Assembly: GCA_963707335.1 (NCBI GenBank)
Contig: CAVPQD010000016.1
Location: forward strand, 815 to 64,814
DNA from: an uncultured Thermoleophilia bacterium
GTDB taxonomy: Bacteria; Actinomycetota; Thermoleophilia; UBA2241
Direction: 5' to 3'
Length of the DNA: 64,000 nucleotides
Shown here in pieces: positions 59,805 to 64,000 of the stretch (its first letter is position 1; each line of letters begins with the position of its first letter). The position numbers and the translations under genes were made by a program. The notes under the pieces are model-generated. The model had not been told where the DNA came from, did not search any database, and saw nothing but the letters and a program-made list of their open reading frames with translations.

Positions 59805-61593
59805 TCAGCTCCGCGCCGGTTTGATGATGTCGCCGGACTTCGCGAACGCGTCCCTGGTGCGTTCCCAGCCGGAGCCGCCACCGGGCAGCTCCTCGCCCGC
59901 AGAGGCGCCGGCCATGGCGTCCTCGCGGCGATGCAGCAGGTAGTACGTGAGTGCTGCGCCCAGCGGAAGCATGGCGAGCAGGGTACCAGCAAGGAAGCCG
60001 GCTGAGCTACCGCCATCGTCGCCCGAGCCGCCGGCACCGGCGCCCGGCGACGGCGAGCTGATGGGCGCGCCGACGATCGGCGACCCGCTCGGCGACGGCG
60101 ATGGGCCGTAGTAGCTGGGCGTCACTGTCGGCGTAGGGTACAGCGTCGTCGTCGTGGACGGGGTCACGGTGGGCGTGGCCGTCGGATGGTACGTGGCCGG
60201 TGGGATCACCGGTGTCGTCGGTGATGTGGTACGTGGGCGTCGGCGTGGGTGAGATCGGGATCGGCACTGCGACGGTGAAGCTCCGCGTCACTTCACGCTC
60301 GTTGCCCGCGTAGTCGCGGATGACGATCTTGTAGGTGTGCTTGCCGTTGGCCACGTTCTTGAGCTGCAGGTGCAGCCCGTAGCGGCCCACGTCAGCGGGC
60401 TTGGTCTTGTTGGCGTTGTCCACGTACAGGCGCACGGCAGCCGCATTGATGCCGGTGCCGCCCTTGCCGTCGCCGTAGGTGGCCCGGATGAGCACGATGC
60501 GCGTCGTCTTGAACGTGGCGCCGCCCTTGGGGGCGACGGTGTCGAAGTGCGGGCGGTAGACGAAGGCCTTCACCGCCGGGGGCTTGTGCGCCGGATAACC
60601 CGTGAAGTTCTGGCCGGCCAGGGCCACGAGGGCGTGACCCGTGACCGCGACCGGGGTGATGAGGGTCCCCGGCCGGGCGGCGTAGGCGCCGCGCTTGACC
60701 TGCAGGCTCCGCAAGGCGCTGAGCGGGGTCTTCCCGGACGATGTGCGCCAGCGGCCGGCCGCGGGGTTCTCACCGGTCACGTCGATGGCCTGGATGGCGA
60801 ATGCCGTGGCTTCGGCGTCCAGGCGCGTGCTGCTGGTCGTCTGGTCGGGGAAGCCGCCGTCCGAGCGCTGGACGCCGTCGAGGTAGTCCAGCGCACCCTG
60901 CACGAGCGCGCTGACCGAGCTCGTCCCGCCGGCGCGCAGCGCCTGGATGGCGAGCGCGGTGTCCTCTGTGTCCGAGCGACTGTCCGGGCTCAGGCCGAAG
61001 CCGCCGTCTGCGTTCTGCTGCGTGCGAAGCCACGCCCCGGCCGCCGCGAAGTTCTCGTTGTCGATGGCGAGGGAGTTCATCGCCAGGATGGCCCAGCAGG
61101 TGGTGCGCACCGCCTTGAACGTGCGCGTCGAGGACGACGGCGAGAAGCTGCCCTCCGTGTCGCTGCCGGGGGCGACGTCCTGATAGGAATACAGCTTGGT
61201 GAGCAGGTCGACGGCGGGCGTGCCGGCGGCGTACACGTAGTCCTCGCGCCCGCCGGCCATGTAGGACATGATCATCAGGGAGTAGTACTGGGGCGGGTTG
61301 AGACTCGCGGTGGCCGCCGTCTCCTGGTTGGTGGCCTGCAGGGCGCTGATCGGGCTCTTGCCCGCGTGCGTCCAGGCGCTCGAGCCCATTCGCTCGCCGG
61401 TGGCGACCGCGCCCAGGATGACCCACCCCGTCGTGCTCGGGCTGCCGAACCCGCCCGTGGTCAGTACCTGCTGCGAATGGAGGTAGTCGAGGCCTCGAGT
61501 GATGGACGGTGGCCGATCGGCGAGGGCGAGGGCCGGCACGATCGCCAGAAGGGCGAAGGCGACGGCCGGTGCCAGCCAGCTTCTCCTGCTCAT
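59805..61593 (-). pseudogene. Secreted, C-terminally anchored protein with prenyltransferase/squalene-cyclase-type alpha-alpha toroid repeats plus an Ig-like domain; one frameshift near 60205
   Basis: RBS GGAGG then ATG 61593. The signal peptide is MSRRSWLAPAVAFALLAIVPALALA. Three repeats occur: LDYLHSQQVLTTGGFG, AWLRTQQNADGGFG and LDYLDGVQRSDGGFP. After the shift come a PT-rich linker, the TM helix FLAGTLLAMLPLGAALTYYLL, and a short cytoplasmic tail. Confidence 0.75.
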
Positions 61594-61752
61594 CTCAATG
61601 ACCTCCACGCCCGCTGCGGGAGGCGGGCAAAGCTGCCTCATGCTACCAAGCTGGAGCGACACCGCAAAGCCCGCGACGTGCAGGGGTTCTGGCGCGGCCC
61701 GCGCCCGGCCTGGCCAGAGCCCGGGCGCGACGGTATATCCTAGTGAGCCGAC

Positions 61753-62751
61753 ATGGGCAGCTTCCTCTCACTCGTGATCCCCGTGTTCAACGAAGCCGAC
61801 AGCCTCGAGCCGCTGGTCGGCGAGATCGACGAGGCCCTGGCGGCGTCGCACCAGCCGTACGAGATCGTGTTCATCGACGACGGCTCCAGCGACGGCTCGT
61901 TCGACGTGATGCGGCGTCTCGCCGCGGACCGCGCGGACGTGCGCGCCGTCAAGCTTCGCCGCAACTTCGGCAAGTCGGCGGCGCTGTCCCACGGCTTCGC
62001 CGCCAGCCGCGGGGATGTGGTCGTCACGCTGGACGGCGACCGCCAGGACGACCCCGCCGAGATCCCGCGACTCATCGCGCCGCTCGAGCAGGGCTACGAC
62101 CTGGTGTCCGGCTGGAAGCAGAGCCGTCAAGACCCCGTCTCCAAGACGGTGCCGTCGCGCCTGTTCAACTGGACGGTGCGCCGCACCACCGGCATCCCCC
62201 TGCACGACTTCAACTGCGGCCTCAAGGCCTATCGCCGCGATGTGGTGGACACGATCAGCGTCTATGGCGAGCTGCACCGGTACATACCCGTGGTCGCCGA
62301 GCAGGCCGGCTTCCGCGCCACCGAGGTGAAGGTGAGCCACCGCCGGCGCACCGCCGGCCGCTCCAAGTACGGCTGGCGGCGCTTCATGCGTGGCTATCTG
62401 GACCTGCTCACGGTGCTCTTCCTCGGTCGCTACCAGCACCGGCCCCAGCATCTCTTCGGAGGTCTGGGCACCACGCTGATGCTCGTCGGGCTCTTGATCG
62501 AGCTGTACCTCACCATCGACAAGCTGGCTTTCGGCAATCCCATCGGGCAGCGGCCGCTGTTGTTGCTGGGGGCGCTGCTCATCATCGTGGGCGTGCAGCT
62601 GCTGTCGCTGGGCCTCATCGGCGAGCTCATCGCCAACTCGCGGGCGCGGAGCGGTCCCGACCCGGCGCAGGTGGCGCTCGTCGTGGAGGGCGCCGCGGCG
62701 CGCTCCACGGTGCCGGTCCACGAGTCCGCCGGCCGCGCCGACGGGCCGTGA
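61753..62751 (+). CDS. GT2-family polyprenyl-phosphate glycosyltransferase (DPM1/GtrB-like) with two C-terminal TM helices
   Basis: Contains LSLVIPVFNEADSL, FIDDGSSDGS and LDGDRQDDPAEI (DxD). The C-terminus is hydrophobic. Confidence 0.88.
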   Translation: MGSFLSLVIPVFNEADSLEPLVGEIDEALAASHQPYEIVFIDDGSSDGSFDVMRRLAADRADVRAVKLRRNFGKSAALSHGFAASRGDVVVTLDGDRQDDPAEIPRLIAPLEQGYDLVSGWKQSRQDPVSKTVPSRLFNWTVRRTTGIPLHDFNCGLKAYRRDVVDTISVYGELHRYIPVVAEQAGFRATEVKVSHRRRTAGRSKYGWRRFMRGYLDLLTVLFLGRYQHRPQHLFGGLGTTLMLVGLLIELYLTIDKLAFGNPIGQRPLLLLGALLIIVGVQLLSLGLIGELIANSRARSGPDPAQVALVVEGAAARSTVPVHESAGRADGP

Positions 62752-63870
62752 CCCGCGCCGTCGCCTACTTCGGCACGTACGACCCCGGCTATCCCCGCAA
62801 CGCGGTCCTGCTTGCCGGGCTGCGTGAACTCGGCGTGGCCGTGCAGGAGTTCCGGTCGCCGCTGCCGGACGTCCCCGCGGCCGAGATGGCGACGGCGGCC
62901 GGCGCCGCCCGCCTGGCGGCGGGCCTGGCGGCCGCACACCTGCGTCTGCTGGCACAGCACCCAAGCGACCTGCGGATCGACGCCGTGATCATCGGCTACC
63001 CCGGCCACTTCCTCGTCCCCTTCGGCCGGCTGCTGGCCGCCTACCGGCGGCGCGCGCCTCGTCTTCGATCCGCTTGTGTCGCTTTGGGACACCTTCGCCG
63101 GCGACCGCGGCCTCGTCGCGGCGGGCGGCTGGAAGGCCGCCGCGGTGCGCGGCGTCGACCGCGTCGCCTTCCGCCTGCCCGCTCTGATCCTGGCGGACAC
63201 GTGGGCGCACAGCGCCTACTACCAGGAGGTGTACGGCGTCGCGCGGGACCGGCTCGCGGTGGTGCCCGTCGGGGCGCTGCCCGAGCCGCGCGCGGACGGC
63301 GCCGCGCGGGAGCTCGCGGACGGCGAGCCGCTCACCGTCTTCCAGTACGGCAAGTGGAGCCCGCTGCACGGCGCGGACGCGGTGCTTGACGCTGCGGGCC
63401 TGCTGCGCGGCGAGCCGGTCCGCTTCGTGCTGGCCGGCGAGGGACAGCTGTCGGCGCGGCTCAAGGATGCCATCGCCGAGCGCGGGCTGCACAACGTGCA
63501 GTGGCTCGGCGCCCTGACGATGGCCGAGCTGCGCGATCAGACGCTGGCCGCCGACGTGTGCCTCGGCGTGTTCGGCCGCTCCGACAAGGCGGGGCGCGTC
63601 GTGCCCAACAAGGTCCACGACGCGCTGGCCTGCGGCCGGCCGACGATCACGGCGGACTCGGCCGGCGCGCGCGAGCTGCTGCACGATGGCGAGAACGCCT
63701 TGCTCGTGCCGGCCGGCGATGGCACGGCGCTCGCCGCCGCCGTCGTGCGGCTGCGCGACGAGATCGAGCGCCGCCGGCTCGGCATGGAGGCGTTGGCGCT
63801 GTATCGGCGCCGCCTCACGCCTGCCGTCGTGGCCGGCGGACTGCTGGCGGCCCTGGAGGCGAGCGCGTGA
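62748..63870 (+). pseudogene. GT4-family (GT-B) glycosyltransferase with a frameshift near 63050
   Basis: GTG overlaps the GT2 stop (GTGA). The N-terminal part is VAYFGTYDPGYPRNAVLLAGL. After the shift come LVFDPLVSLWDTF..., FQYGKWSPLHG and KVHDALACGRPTITADSAGARELL (the EX7E-like region). Confidence 0.75.
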
Positions 63871-64000
63871 GCGGCTCCTCGCCGGGCGCGCAGGAGGCCG
63901 GCAGGGGCGGCGCGGCGCCCGGCGCGCCGGAGCGCCGACGCACGCACCCCGCGCTGCGCGTCGCACAGGTCGCGTTGATCGCGGCCACCGCCTACTTCCT
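63867..64000 (+). CDS. 5' end of a further ORF (runs off the window), unknown function, possibly a membrane protein
   Basis: GTG overlaps the GT4 stop (GTGA). Reads VSGSSPGAQEAG...ALRVAQVALIAATAYF. Too short to classify. Confidence 0.3.
   Translation, partial: MSGSSPGAQEAGRGGAAPGAPERRRTHPALRVAQVALIAATAYF

Noticed and set aside
58170-60260. Short periodic Pro/Thr-encoding DNA repeats (58170-58330, 60040-60260) as possible CRISPR-like or tandem-repeat elements.
   Set aside because: They are in-frame low-complexity PT linkers of two secreted proteins. They have no spacer/repeat regularity.
61594-61752. A cobalamin riboswitch upstream of the toroid/ExbB-like operon, looked for because of the corrinoid hypothesis.
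   Set aside because: No B12 box (GCCACTG) or the conserved GGTG...AATCC/GAAGCC elements are visible in the 160-nt leader.

Overview
64-kb, roughly 70% GC, densely coding, origin-proximal chromosome segment of a monoderm high-GC bacterium. It looks actinobacterial or Symbiobacterium/Thermaerobacter-like, but cannot be assigned without a database search. All family assignments below come from reading the translations, not from searches.

Gene content, left to right:
- gyrB (3' part) and gyrA.
- A minus-strand asnC-panB-unknown operon.
- A long minus-strand operon led by a glycine riboswitch: hydroxypyruvate reductase, aminotransferase, gcvT, glyA-like, fold-III PLP decarboxylase, glycerate 2-kinase.
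- trpS.
- A 5.5-kb block of amidase, amidinotransferase, M20, GNAT and saccharopine-dehydrogenase genes riddled with frameshifts.
- hypA, a Zn-ribbon methyltransferase, a DUF421 protein and tRNA-Ala(CGC).
- An enolase-superfamily plus ureohydrolase pair.
- One 7.2-kb gene for a 2412-aa MerR-HTH / 10xGAF / HD-GYP / GGDEF protein.
- mrp, then a perfect-core parS site.
- A beta-lysine 5,6-aminomutase cluster: kdd, thiolase, kamE, kamD, a P-loop protein and a YheO-like regulator.
- htrA with a two-component system and a radical SAM gene.
- An IMPase-like gene plus an AmmeMemoRadiSam-type radical SAM gene.
- An orphan anti-sigma kinase.
- A 693-aa unknown protein translationally coupled to threonine aldolase.
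- rsmG-parA-parB.
- An operon of a secreted terpene-cyclase-fold protein, an ExbB/TolQ-like channel and a DUF2149-like protein.
- Glycosyltransferases at the right edge.

I saw no rRNA, CRISPR array, transposase, integrase or recognisable defence genes.

About 45 apparent single-base frameshifts are distributed very unevenly: dense at 9.9-22.9 kb and absent at 23-41.9 kb.

Best candidates for something new:
1. The giant c-di-GMP/GAF protein.
2. The ExbB-like/DUF2149/alpha-toroid surface operon.
3. The riboswitch-controlled glycine-to-glycerate operon.
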